A DNA stretch of 64,000 nucleotides from an uncultured Planctomycetaceae bacterium. Lineage in GTDB: Bacteria; Planctomycetota; Planctomycetia; Planctomycetales; Planctomycetaceae. Both the position numbers and the translations under genes were made by a program. The notes below the pieces were generated by a model. That model saw only the letters and a list, made by a program, of their open reading frames with translations, was not told the DNA's origin and made no database searches. The stretch spans positions 928,001-992,000 of the forward strand of contig CAWFAK010000007.1 of the NCBI GenBank assembly GCA_963813715.1, written 5' to 3'. Shown piece by piece: positions 20,896-30,789 of this stretch (position 1 is the stretch's first letter; every line of letters starts with the position of its first letter).

Positions 20896-21789
20896 CGACT
20901 CCCGCAATTCTCGATGTCGGTTTGTATTTCCGATCTGCAACATACCTGAGAGTCAGTCAGCGCTGAAGGTCAGTTGCGATCAAAGGGCCAGCCGCCTAAT
21001 GGAATCAACCTTGTCGGCTATTAAAGCGCATCCTTCGGATCGCGGTGTCGGTGTTATAGTTTGGCCCCCCCGGGTCTCCGGGGGCCCCGGGGGCCGAGCG
21101 GCACCGAAGCCTTCAAGAAGCGCCAGAACGCGTATCACAGACCGCGGCCCGCCGCGGCCATTTTTGATGTCGCATGAAATAGGGGGGCCTGCCGCAGCGA
21201 GCATTTCCTTGTTGCTGAGCCGACGCTTTGACCCGTTGTTCCTGCAGTCTTCGCAGATCTCCAGTTTTGCCGTTTGATCATCCGTTCCGCTAAATACGTC
21301 CTCCACGCGAGGACTTGTTATTCAGAAGCAATTTCAACGGATGCCGCTGAGATGTTTCACATGCACAAGGTACAACTTCACGGTGTAACCAATGAGAAGA
21401 TTCGAAGAACACGTCGCCTCCCGCACGGTCCCAGTTATCCAGAAGGGATCGCCCTCCCGGTAGTGGGTGCGAGTTGTGTTGGTTTCAGTGCTTGACGGGG
21501 ATGACGAATTCGATGTCAATCCCGGACGGGCGTTGGGACAGTTGAGAGAGCGACATGGCCAACTGGTCATCCAGTCACCGCGTGATTGGGATCCCAAATT
21601 CGACGAACCGGCTCAACACCCTGTTTGGAGAAGTAGGCGAGCCCGTTGGGCAGTTCGAATATCGCCTTTGTGGAAAACGGCGTGCGTGCAAGCCTGGAGA
21701 TAGGCGTGAGCCTGCGCGATTCGCCCCAATTTCGTTTGCTCTGAGGCAGGCCTTGGGCATCTAAACTCCAGTATCCGAGCCGGTAATCG

Positions 21790-21935
21790 GGAACTCAACC
21801 CTTTTCGCGACACGCCGAAAAACGACCGATAAGTGCCGCCGTCACGGGCACCGGAAACTCATCCGTTTTCGGCAGACGCTCCGCGTGCCGGATTCCCATG
21901 CTTTTTGGCGGAATCGGGCCTCGGGTGGCGAGAGC
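21790..21935 (+). repeat. Dispersed intergenic repeat family C, copy upstream of MFS gene
   Basis: Aligns by eye with reverse complements of 42540-42660 (GACCGATAAGTGCCGC..GAAACTCATCCGT..TTTTGGCGGAAT..GGCCTCGGG) and 51652-51702 (AACTCAACC.TTTTC..CGA..CGCCGAAAA.CGACC). Confidence 0.75.
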
Positions 21936-22165
21936 GGGCGGACGCAGCAAGTTCTCAGCAACGCTGCCCGAGATTCTGAAACGCTCTCTCTCCTGATCAA
22001 CTCCACAACTCCTCGAGCCGCCGGTTCACCTCGTTCGCGGCGGCCGCCCCGCCGATTTCCACTCTCCGTGTCCGAACCAAGGCGACCGTGCAATCTACGC
22101 CCAGTGTGCCTACGATGCGACGATCGCCAAACAACCTGCAGACTTCTGACGGGAAAAGGAAAAGC

Positions 22166-23477
22166 ATGCAGGACGACTTGAAAAGAGTTGTACTGCGCAA
22201 AGTCGCCTGGCGCCTGCTTCCCTTTCTGTTTTTGCTTTACATGGTCAACATCCTGGACCGCATCAACGTCGGTTTCGCCCGCCTGCAAATGCTCGACGAT
22301 CTCCAGATGGGGGAGCGGGCCTACGCGCTGGGAGCCGGCATTTTCTACATCGGCTACCTCATTTTCGAGATCCCCAGCAACCTGATTCTGAGCCGCGTCG
22401 GCGCCCGGCGCTGGATCGGACGCATCTTGATCAGCTGGGGGCTGATCTCGGCGGCCATGATGGCCGCGCGCGGCCCCTGGAGTTTTTATCTGCTCCGCGT
22501 CTTGCTTGGCTTCGCGGAGGCGGGCTTCTTTCCGGGAATCATCCTGTATTTGACCTACTGGTTTCCGGCCCGCGAGAGGGCCAGGGCGGTCTCTTTATTC
22601 ATGACCGGCTCCCCCATCACAAGCATTGTCGGTGCTCCGCTCTCGGGAGGGGATCCTTCAGTATTTGGATCGAGTCGGCGGCCTGCGAGGCTGGCAGTGG
22701 CTGTTCCTTCTGGAGGGAATCCCCGCAATCGTCCTGGGCGTGATCAGCATGTGTTACCTCACGGATCGGCCCGAAAAGGCACACTGGCTGGATGAGGAGG
22801 AACGCAATTGGCTGACCGCGCAAGTCAGCGGCGAAGAGACGTCCCGCCAGCAGCGTCACGGGCTGACCTTGTGGCAGGCCGCATTCGACCGCCGCGTCTG
22901 GATTTTGACGCTGCTTTATTTTACGGTCGCAGGCGCCAGCAACAGCTTGGGCTTCTATTTGCCGAAGTTCGTTCAAATCGGTTTTCCGAATCTGGCCGAA
23001 TTTCGGATTGGCTTGCTCGTCGTCATCCCGAGCCTCTGTGCCGTTCCGTGCATGGTTCTCAACGGCATGCACTCGGACTGGACCGGCGAACGCCGGTGGC
23101 ACGTCGCGATCCCGGCTTTGATCGGCGCCGCGGGGTGGGGCCTGGCGGCCTGGTTGAAATTCCCCGCGCTCTACCTCTTCGCTTTCGCGCTTGCGCAGAT
23201 GGGAATCATGAGCGTCTTGCCGACGTTCTGGTCGCTCCCGACAGCATTCCTGAGCGGCGCGGCCGCAGCGGGAGGGATCGCCTTGATCAACTCAGTCGGC
23301 AACCTGGGAGGGTTCTTCGGACCCAATTTGATTGGGCAACTCCAGGCCAGCACGGGGAGTTTTTCACCCGGCATGCTGGCGGTCGCCGCAACTCTGGTGA
23401 TCGGCGCTGTGCTGGCCCTCTGCGTTCGAGATGATGACGCCAAACCGGCGAAGTCCGTCGACCCGCATCGCGTCTGA
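22166..23477 (+). CDS. MFS transporter, anion:cation symporter (tartrate/phthalate-like) family (frameshift ~22650)
   Basis: LDRINVGFA, FEIPSNL, GARRW, EAGFFPG, GWQWLFLLEGIP, INSVGNLGGFFGP. Confidence 0.92.
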
Positions 23478-23698
23478 GAAAACGTCCAACGAGCGTCGTT
23501 CGCCCCTTTTCGAACTGGCAACGGGCCTGAGGGCGACCTTTGACGTTGTCGAAGTCGTCTGCCCGAATCACCGAGTTGCGGGTCGGGTTCCGGGAGAATT
23601 GGGAGCGGTTTCACGGCGAGACGTCATCGGTGGCAATCGCTCGTCGTTAGACCAAAAAGCGACGGGAACCAATCATCACTTCTTGGAGGAACGTGCCC

Positions 23699-24448
23699 AT
23701 GCCCCGCCGTGACGTCACCATCGCGACTCGTGACGGAATCTGTCCGGCTTCAGTCTTTACCCCTGGCGACATCGTGGGTCCCTGGCCTGCCGTGATCTTC
23801 TTCATGGACGGTCTCGGGATCCGCCCCGTCATGTGGGAGATGGGCCAGAGTCTGGCGGATCATGGTTATCTGGTGCTGCTGCCCGATCTCTATTACCGCC
23901 TGGGGAGTTATCCGCCGAAGGTTTCCTCTCAGGTGTTGGCCGACCCAAAATTACGCGAAGAATTAATGAAATGCGTCAGTAGCCTGGATCGTGACCGGAG
24001 GATTTCCGACGCGGCCGCCTTCCTCGAATTTCTGTCATCCCGACCCGAGGTGAAAGGTAATCGATTCGGTGCCACGGGATATTGCATGGGTGGTAACGCT
24101 TCCTTGACTGCGGCCGGTGCGTTCCCGGATCGATTTGCGGCGATCGCGTCGTTCCACGGCGGCAATTTGGCCACGGACAAGCCTGATAGCCCTCATCTCT
24201 TCGTGGGAAGAATAACGGGCCGCGTCTATGTTGCCGGTGCAGTCGAGGACGCGTCATTCCCCGAAGAACAGAGGAGCCGACTCGAAAAGGCGTTGACCGA
24301 CGCGGGGGTGGACCATTTGGTCGAGACTTATCCTGCGCGTCATGGCTTCGCAGTTTCGGATCTTCCCTCGTTCGACCAGGCCGCCGCCAAGCGCCACTGG
24401 GCGGCGTTGTTTAGACTCTTCGACGAGACGTTTGCTCTCGAACTTTAA
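23699..24448 (+). CDS. Dienelactone hydrolase family protein
   Basis: PDLYYR, GYCMGG nucleophile motif, SFHGG, HGFAV. Confidence 0.93.
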   Translation: MPRRDVTIATRDGICPASVFTPGDIVGPWPAVIFFMDGLGIRPVMWEMGQSLADHGYLVLLPDLYYRLGSYPPKVSSQVLADPKLREELMKCVSSLDRDRRISDAAAFLEFLSSRPEVKGNRFGATGYCMGGNASLTAAGAFPDRFAAIASFHGGNLATDKPDSPHLFVGRITGRVYVAGAVEDASFPEEQRSRLEKALTDAGVDHLVETYPARHGFAVSDLPSFDQAAAKRHWAALFRLFDETFALEL

Positions 24449-24519
24449 GTAAAGTCGCCTCACGCCTCGCCCCGGTTTGACCGGGCCGCGAAGTTCAGCT
24501 TTGCTAGCTGTGGCAGGTG

Positions 24520-24600
24520 AATTTGGTCGTCACACACGGTGCTCTCCCGTAATCTCAATGCTTTTGACGGACACGCCATCAAAGGACCCAATTCCGAGAG
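24520..24600 (+). repeat. Dispersed intergenic repeat family C, copy upstream of FHA gene
   Basis: ATTTGGTCGTCACAC..CTCTCCCGTAATCTCA..CACGCCA..AAGGACC matches reverse complement of 42645-42715. Confidence 0.7.
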
Positions 24601-24757
24601 TGCGTGGCTTTTTTGCGGACTCCACTGCTCGCTGGGCAGTGATTGACGCACTCTCTCTATTTCGGCTCGGGTCACGTCGGCCAATTTGCCCGTTGCGGTG
24701 CGGGTAGGTGTGCCGTTAGCATCGAACTCGGCCGACTCCCCACGCAGAGTTTGCAAG

Positions 24758-25201
24758 ATGCAAGCGTCCTTCACCGTCATTTCTGGGCCGTTTCGCGGAC
24801 AGACGTTCCAAGTTCCGCGTGGCAAGTTCATTCTCGGCCGCGAGACCGATTGCCACCTGGTGCTCGACTCGAACTCGGTCAGCCGGCATCACTGCGTGCT
24901 GTTGATGGACGACTACACGCTGAGAATCCGCGATCTGGCCAGCAAGAACGGGATCTTTGTCAACAGAGATCAGACCCGAACTGGCGAGCGGATCTTGTCC
25001 CACGGCGACACCGTCCGAGTGGGAGACATGGTCATCCGGATCGAGTTGGAATCGGGCACCGCATCAACGCCAGTGGACACACTTGAAACGCAGGACGTTA
25101 GGCCCGAGACGGTCGATCACGCTGACCATGCTCCAGCGAAGCCCGCCGTCGATCAGCCGATATCGGCTGAGGCATCGCAGAAAGCTGCGAGGGAAGCGTG
25201 A
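24758..25201 (+). CDS. FHA domain protein
   Basis: ILGR, VSRHHC, IRDLASKNGIFVN, LSHGDTVRVG. Confidence 0.92.
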   Translation: MQASFTVISGPFRGQTFQVPRGKFILGRETDCHLVLDSNSVSRHHCVLLMDDYTLRIRDLASKNGIFVNRDQTRTGERILSHGDTVRVGDMVIRIELESGTASTPVDTLETQDVRPETVDHADHAPAKPAVDQPISAEASQKAAREA

Positions 25202-25279
25202 CAGGGTAATGACTCGACTCGTTTCGTGAGTGCCTCTTTCCAGCTCGCCGGCCGTCACGAGAGCCGATTAGGTCACGCG

Positions 25280-25556
25280 CGACTTCATTCGCACAATTGG
25301 GAACGGCGATGTCGGGGGGCGCATCCTCACGGGCTCTGTTTGGACATGATGTCCATTGAATCACACGAACCGAGACGCCCGCGGCATTGTCGGCGCCGCG
25401 AGTCGCGAGTGGCGTCGAGACGTTCGTCGCCCGGCTAGAACGCTTGCCTAGAGATCCCACAAGCCCCTGGGGTGGATCTCCGAGCTGTTCACCCGAGGGA
25501 AGTGCCTGGTAGCGCGACGAGCCTCACCGCGGGGCGCTAATGCGGCCAAAGAGCCC
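25280..25556 (+). repeat. Composite dispersed repeat A+B, copy 1 (module A degenerate)
   Basis: Module B 25439-25556 is near-identical to 28136-28251 and to rc of 40742-40874; contains GGACATGATGTCC at 25342. Confidence 0.85.
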
Positions 25557-25632
25557 GACGCCCGTCGAAGTTGCAGGTCGTCGCGGACGAGGTCAACCGG
25601 CAGGCGCACGTGATTTCAGCGAGTGGCCCGGC

Positions 25633-27036
25633 CTAATTCCGCGCGAGCAACTCGTGCAGCGGCTCGGCATCGACGAGTATGTGGGGACGGCTCAGATTGT
25701 CGTGGAGGACGGTTCGCGGTGCGATCGCCATGCTGTGATAGAGCGTGGCGATGATCTGTTGCGGAGAGACCGGAGTGGAAGCCGGGAAGGCCGCAAGCCT
25801 GTCTGAAGAACCGTAGACTTGGCCTCCGCGGATGCCGCCGCCGGCAACGACAACGCTGAAACACTGTGGCCAGTGATCTCGGCCTCCGGCACTGTTAAAC
25901 CGAGGAGTTCGGCCAAACTCCCCCGTGCAAATGACCATGGTTTCCTCGAGCAGGCCGCGATCGTGCAAGTCTTCCAGAAGCGCCGCCAGCGCACGATCGG
26001 TGGGAGGCAAAAGTTCGGTGCGAGCCCAAGCGAGGTGATCGCGATGACTGTCAAATCCCTGGCCACCTTGTCCCTTGTCGTGCCGGACCCAGTTCACCTG
26101 CACCAGGCGCACGCCGGCTTCGATGAGACGACGAGCCACGAGCGTTGACTGTCCAAAGACGTGATGTCCGTACCGGTCGCGGACGGAAGCCGGCTCATGC
26201 GAGATGTCAAAAGCTCGTTGAGCCGACGCCGATGCGACCAGATCGAAGGCTCTGACGTAATAGGGGTCCAATTCTCGCGACGCCGCAGACGCTTCCAGAT
26301 AGCGCGCGTGCCGGTCGATGGATTTCAGCAATTGATACCGTGCTGAAAGCCGCGCCGCCGGCATTCCCGACGGCGGTTTGAGCGGCCCTGGGGAAAAGTC
26401 GGGACGGTTGGGATCGCTGTTAATCCGATAAGGGTCGTACGCCGCGCCCAGGAACCCGGCGTGTTGACCGGCGCGTTCGGGGCCGTTGGGCGCAATGGCT
26501 TCGGGGAGCAAAACAAAGGGCGGCATTCCGCGCGATGACCCGAGGACATAGTGCAGGACCGAACCGGGATTTGGGCGGTCGAGCCGGCTCATGAAGCGGG
26601 CGTCAGCCAGCGGCCGCTCAAAGCGGGAGCCGACCATCATCCAATAGGCGGCTGAAGGATGGGTCGAATCGGAGTGCGAGACTGAACGCAGGATGCAGAA
26701 CTTGTCTGCGTTGCGAGCCAATCGAGGCAGATGTTCGCTGATTCGGATTCCCGGTTGATTCGTGGCAATCGGCTCAAAACTGCCGCGAATCTCGCGCGGA
26801 GCATCGGGCTTAAGGTCCCACATGTCGAGTTGGGAGGGCCCACCGGAGAGGAAAAGCACGATCGCCGACTTCGCGCGGGGTGCGTTTCTGGAAGAGACGG
26901 CGACTGGACGCTGCGATTCCGCCCGCAAGAGTCGCGGTAGACTCAAGCCGGCCAGCGACAGCCCACCAGCCCGCAACGCTTCACGCCGCGTGACCCCATC
27001 ACAGGTCTGAGTGCATCCGTAAAGCAGACGGAGCAT
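25633..27036 (-). CDS. DUF1501 domain protein (Tat-type leader)
   Basis: TRREALRAGGL, LSGGPSQLDMWDLKP, ARRLIEAGVR, GEFGRTP, GRDHWP. Confidence 0.93.
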   Translation of the reverse strand: MLRLLYGCTQTCDGVTRREALRAGGLSLAGLSLPRLLRAESQRPVAVSSRNAPRAKSAIVLFLSGGPSQLDMWDLKPDAPREIRGSFEPIATNQPGIRISEHLPRLARNADKFCILRSVSHSDSTHPSAAYWMMVGSRFERPLADARFMSRLDRPNPGSVLHYVLGSSRGMPPFVLLPEAIAPNGPERAGQHAGFLGAAYDPYRINSDPNRPDFSPGPLKPPSGMPAARLSARYQLLKSIDRHARYLEASAASRELDPYYVRAFDLVASASAQRAFDISHEPASVRDRYGHHVFGQSTLVARRLIEAGVRLVQVNWVRHDKGQGGQGFDSHRDHLAWARTELLPPTDRALAALLEDLHDRGLLEETMVICTGEFGRTPRFNSAGGRDHWPQCFSVVVAGGGIRGGQVYGSSDRLAAFPASTPVSPQQIIATLYHSMAIAPRTVLHDNLSRPHILVDAEPLHELLARN

Positions 27037-27259
27037 GACGACAGCCAGCACAATCGGAGACGAACATGTTCGTGCGTCGCCCCTGACCAACAGACCTTGT
27101 CGCAGGAACCTGTTCAGGGGGCGCTTCCAGGCCGTGAAAACCATCCTATCCACCGCGATGACTAGCTGAAAGTCCGGCGCGCTCTCCGTCGGCGACCGGC
27201 GGATCTCGGTGATCGTCCGTTGCATTGGTAAAGGCTGCTTCGGCTCTTTTGTCAGTCTT

Positions 27260-27712
27260 TTACGCGCCCAAGGTAGCAAGAGCCTGCCGGACATGTTCGT
27301 CCGAAGCGAATTGCGCTGAGAAGATGTGTTGAATGATCCCTTCTCTATCAATGACGTAGGTGACGCGTCCCGGAAAGAGCCCCATTGTTTTCGGAACCGC
27401 AAAGGCCTTGCGGAGCGACCCGTCCGCATCGCTGATCAACGGAAACGACAGCTTGTATTGCCGCGCGAATGCACGGTGCCGTTCATCGGAATCCGCGCTG
27501 ACGCCAATCACGTCGGCCCCGGCGGCCGCGAATTGTTCGTACGAATCGCGAAATGCGCAAGCTTCCTTTGTACAAATCGGAGTGCCGTCCTTGGGGTAAA
27601 AGAAAAGCACCAACCCGCGTTTGCCCAGATAGTCAGACAGGCGGATCCGTTTCCCGTCGTGGGTCGTTGCTGAAAAGTCCGGCGCGCGATCGCCAAGTTG
27701 AAGTCGTGTCAT
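27260..27712 (-). CDS. bcp: Peroxiredoxin, BCP/PrxQ type
   Basis: GDRAPDF, FFYPKDGTPICTKEACAFRD, RVTYVID. Confidence 0.92.
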   Translation of the reverse strand: MTRLQLGDRAPDFSATTHDGKRIRLSDYLGKRGLVLFFYPKDGTPICTKEACAFRDSYEQFAAAGADVIGVSADSDERHRAFARQYKLSFPLISDADGSLRKAFAVPKTMGLFPGRVTYVIDREGIIQHIFSAQFASDEHVRQALATLGA

Positions 27713-27770
27713 GATCGTTGCCCATTTTAAGGCGTACTGGGTTCGGATCCACTCGCAGTCCCCGCCGGCG

Positions 27771-28251
27771 CTCAGGGGCGTCGGTTTCTCCCGCCGCGCC
27801 GGCGCATCAATGACCACAAACACGCAATTGGAAACACACGGGTCGCGCAGGGTCTAAGCCAGGATGCCCGCGTCGGTGGATTTGCGGACACGATGTCCAA
27901 CCGGCTGGTGGGCGCCTTGTCACGGCGGCGAGGCCCAGCGATTACGCTCTGCTGTGCCTTCCAGCCTCCCGAGGCCACGTCCCTGGGGTCACACAGCCGG
28001 GGCTCGGCGCGATTTTCGGGGTCTGCAAGCGTTTCTTTTTGCCTGGATGGCTCAACAGTCGCCCAGAGGGCCGACGACGCGAAATGCGCGTCCAAAATCG
28101 GCGCCGGCCGCACCGTTGTGGACCGAATGAGCCAAAACGCTTGCCTTGAGATCCACAGAGGCGCTGGGTGGATCTCCGAGCTGTTCACCTGAGGGAAGTG
28201 CCTGGTAGCGTGACGAGCCTCGCAGCGGGGCGCTGATGCGGCCAAGAGCCC
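27771..28251 (+). repeat. Composite dispersed repeat A+B, copy 2 (longest)
   Basis: Module A 27771-27916 matches rc of 37211-37352 and rc of 40944-41065; module B 28136-28251. Confidence 0.85.
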
Positions 28252-28272
28252 ATGGTACGCCCCTGGATTGTC

Positions 28273-29637
28273 CTAGCCGAGTTCCGGAATCGGCTTAGCG
28301 TGGTCTTCGACGAGGTACTGCGGGCGGCCGTTGAGGTCCTGGAGCGTTGTTTGTGACGCATCGATCCCGAGGTGATGAAACAGAGTGGCGTAAACTTCTC
28401 CGAATGTGACGGGGCGAGAGACCGCTTCGCCGGCGATCCGATCGGTCGCGCCAATGACCTGACCAGTCCGCATTCCCCCGCCGGCCAGCAAGGCGAAGTT
28501 GACCTGTGGCCAGTGATCGCGGCCGGCTTGCGGACTGATCTTCGGCGTGCGGCCGAACTCGCCGCAAACGACCACGGCGCACTCCTTGTCGAGTCCGCGC
28601 TGGTGCAGATCCTCGACGAGCGCGCTCAAACATTGGTCGAATACGGGAAAATCCTCCGCCTCGCGCGAGAAGATGCTGCCATAGGATCCACCGTGCCAGT
28701 CCCACTTGCTGTAGTTGAGCGTCACCACACGGGCTCCGGCTTCGATGAGCCGGCGAGCCAGCAACAGGCTTTGCGGAACGCGCGGGGCCCCGTTGCCGTC
28801 GATGAAGACGTTCGGGTCGCCTGTGCCATAGCGTGCGCGGACTCGCGGGTCTTCTTTCGAGATGTCAAGCGCCTCGGCCAGGCGGGACGATGTCAAAAGG
28901 CCCATCGCCTGCTCGGTGAAATGATCGATCGCGTGCATTGTTCGGGAGAGGTCGGCGTCACGACGGAACTGGTCGAAGCTTCCCATTAGCGACCGGCGCT
29001 CGGCCAGACGTTCGAGCGTGACACCGTGCAGAACCATATCTTGCCGCGTCGGCCCCATCGGGCGAAACGGCGAATGAGCCGCGCCTAAAAACCCGGGGCC
29101 CGGTTCGTTGTAAGGCGGATGAGAACAGGGATAACAGAGACTGACAAACGGCGGCGTCGCGCTGTCGGCCGGGCCTTGCAGCCGGGCCACGGCTGAACCG
29201 AACTGCGGCCAACCTCCCGACGGAGCGGCCTTGCCCGGATGATGACCGTTGAATACCTGGACGGCGTCGTGATCGGACTGATTTCCGACGAGCGAGCGGA
29301 TCACGGCAAATTTATCGGCCATCTTCGCCAGCCGCGGAAATGCTTCGCAAATCTCGAATCCGGGCACGTTCGTCGCGATCGGCCGCCAAGGGCCGGCAAC
29401 TTCTTTTGGCGCCAGGGGCTTCAGGTCGAACATGTCCTGGTGGGGCGGCCCACCGACCAGGTAGATCATGATCACCGACTTGATCGAACGACCGGCCCCG
29501 GCCGCGGCCTCCCCCCCCAAGAGTTGGGGCAGCGTCAGGCCGCCGATGCCCAGCGTCCCGATCTTGAGGAAATTCCGCCGCGTCAACCGATCGCAGAACG
29601 AAGGTCCCGGAAATGGTCGACCCTGCAGCGTCAGCAT
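28273..29637 (-). CDS. DUF1501 domain protein (Tat-type leader)
   Basis: TRRNFLKIG, VGGPPHQDMFDLKP, ARRLIEAGAR, GEFGRTPKI, GRDHWP. Confidence 0.93.
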   Translation of the reverse strand: MLTLQGRPFPGPSFCDRLTRRNFLKIGTLGIGGLTLPQLLGGEAAAGAGRSIKSVIMIYLVGGPPHQDMFDLKPLAPKEVAGPWRPIATNVPGFEICEAFPRLAKMADKFAVIRSLVGNQSDHDAVQVFNGHHPGKAAPSGGWPQFGSAVARLQGPADSATPPFVSLCYPCSHPPYNEPGPGFLGAAHSPFRPMGPTRQDMVLHGVTLERLAERRSLMGSFDQFRRDADLSRTMHAIDHFTEQAMGLLTSSRLAEALDISKEDPRVRARYGTGDPNVFIDGNGAPRVPQSLLLARRLIEAGARVVTLNYSKWDWHGGSYGSIFSREAEDFPVFDQCLSALVEDLHQRGLDKECAVVVCGEFGRTPKISPQAGRDHWPQVNFALLAGGGMRTGQVIGATDRIAGEAVSRPVTFGEVYATLFHHLGIDASQTTLQDLNGRPQYLVEDHAKPIPELG

Positions 29638-30789
29638 GCACGAGGCTCCGAATGCCGGCGAACGGAATGCGTCGGAGTTTCGAGCGTCCGTTCTCCTCGG
29701 ACCCCGACGCGGGATGAGATTAGCAAAACGCTGGGCCGGGGCAAAGCGCGACGCCGGCCGTCGAATGGCAGGATGCGAAGGGAATCAGTCAGACTTCGAC
29801 GCCTGCCGTTTGGCGCGTTGCCATTCCCACGGCGGCACCGGATTCGGTTCAGCCCACAGCCCCCGCCGATGCTCCGTCGCCGAAAAACAGAATGGCGACG
29901 TCGATTCGCTGACGCCAATTCCGCGTGCTGGCTCCGCCGCAGCGAGCGGAGTGCTCGAACGGGTCCGACTCCGTCGTCGCGCGGCACTGTCCGTTCTGGC
30001 ATGCGTCGCCTTGATCGTGGTCGCGACGTTGTTTTGTTTCTCAATTCTTCACGTCGGACCAACCTCTGGTTCAGCAGATGTTGACGCTCACGCGAGTGCG
30101 GAACCGCGCGTGCGATTTCCAGCTTCTCGCGGTCCTGTCCGGTCCGCTCCGAAACCAGACTATTGCGCGGCTAGGCCGGAAAGTCGAACCAGATGCCTCT
30201 GACAAGGTATGCTTCTGCCGTGCGCCAAGCGAGGCCCAGCGAGCGAGTGCCGGAAAACTCTGCAATGAGATGATTGAAGTATTCTCGTTCACGGACGTGA
30301 GGAAGATCGTAGAACAGACATAAATCCAGCAGGGACCAACAAAATCCGGCGGCCGCGCGGTCTCTTTTGGGTTCTCGGCAGAGAAGCCGTCGCAGAGTGC
30401 ACGGGAAAAGAAGCCCTAATGTGATCGGGCTTAACCAGGTACGAGCGGCTCGAAGAGGGGATCAACCAGATTCAGAACTCGCCGGCCGACGCCGGTTTCG
30501 TCTTCTTCGACTTCAAGAACCTGATCGACCACCGGCGTGCGTGGCCGCTTACGAACGAGGAGGCTACCTGCGCAAGGCCCACGAGCCCAGGTTCGGAAGC
30601 TGGCGTGATCCTGGCCCCGTGCTGCGCCAGCTCGAGGACGTAATGAACACCCGCTGGGGCGACTGCGTCGAGTACAACGGGGCGGAGAACATGGCCCGGT
30701 TGTTCACGGACAGGAAGTCGATGTTCGGTGCGGCGGCCTACATAACGACCGCCCCTCGATCACGACTTCGACAGGTCGGCTCATCGGCG

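Larger units (their letters stand above)
9925..20950 (+). mobile_element. tRNA-Arg-integrated replicative element (phage-satellite/integrative-plasmid-like); right boundary approximate
   Basis: Integrase immediately 3' of the tRNA, followed by co-oriented HTH, DUF1580, primase-helicase, TOPRIM primase and ParB genes; no structural phage or conjugation genes recognised; attR not found by eye. Confidence 0.8.

Noticed and set aside
21062..21097. G/C-run palindrome GGCCCCCCCGGG..GGCCCCGGGGGCC as an element end
   Set aside because: Low-complexity, single copy, no counterpart near the tRNA
21334..21720. Possible decayed minus-strand gene
   Set aside because: Fragments in several frames with stops; no recognisable family
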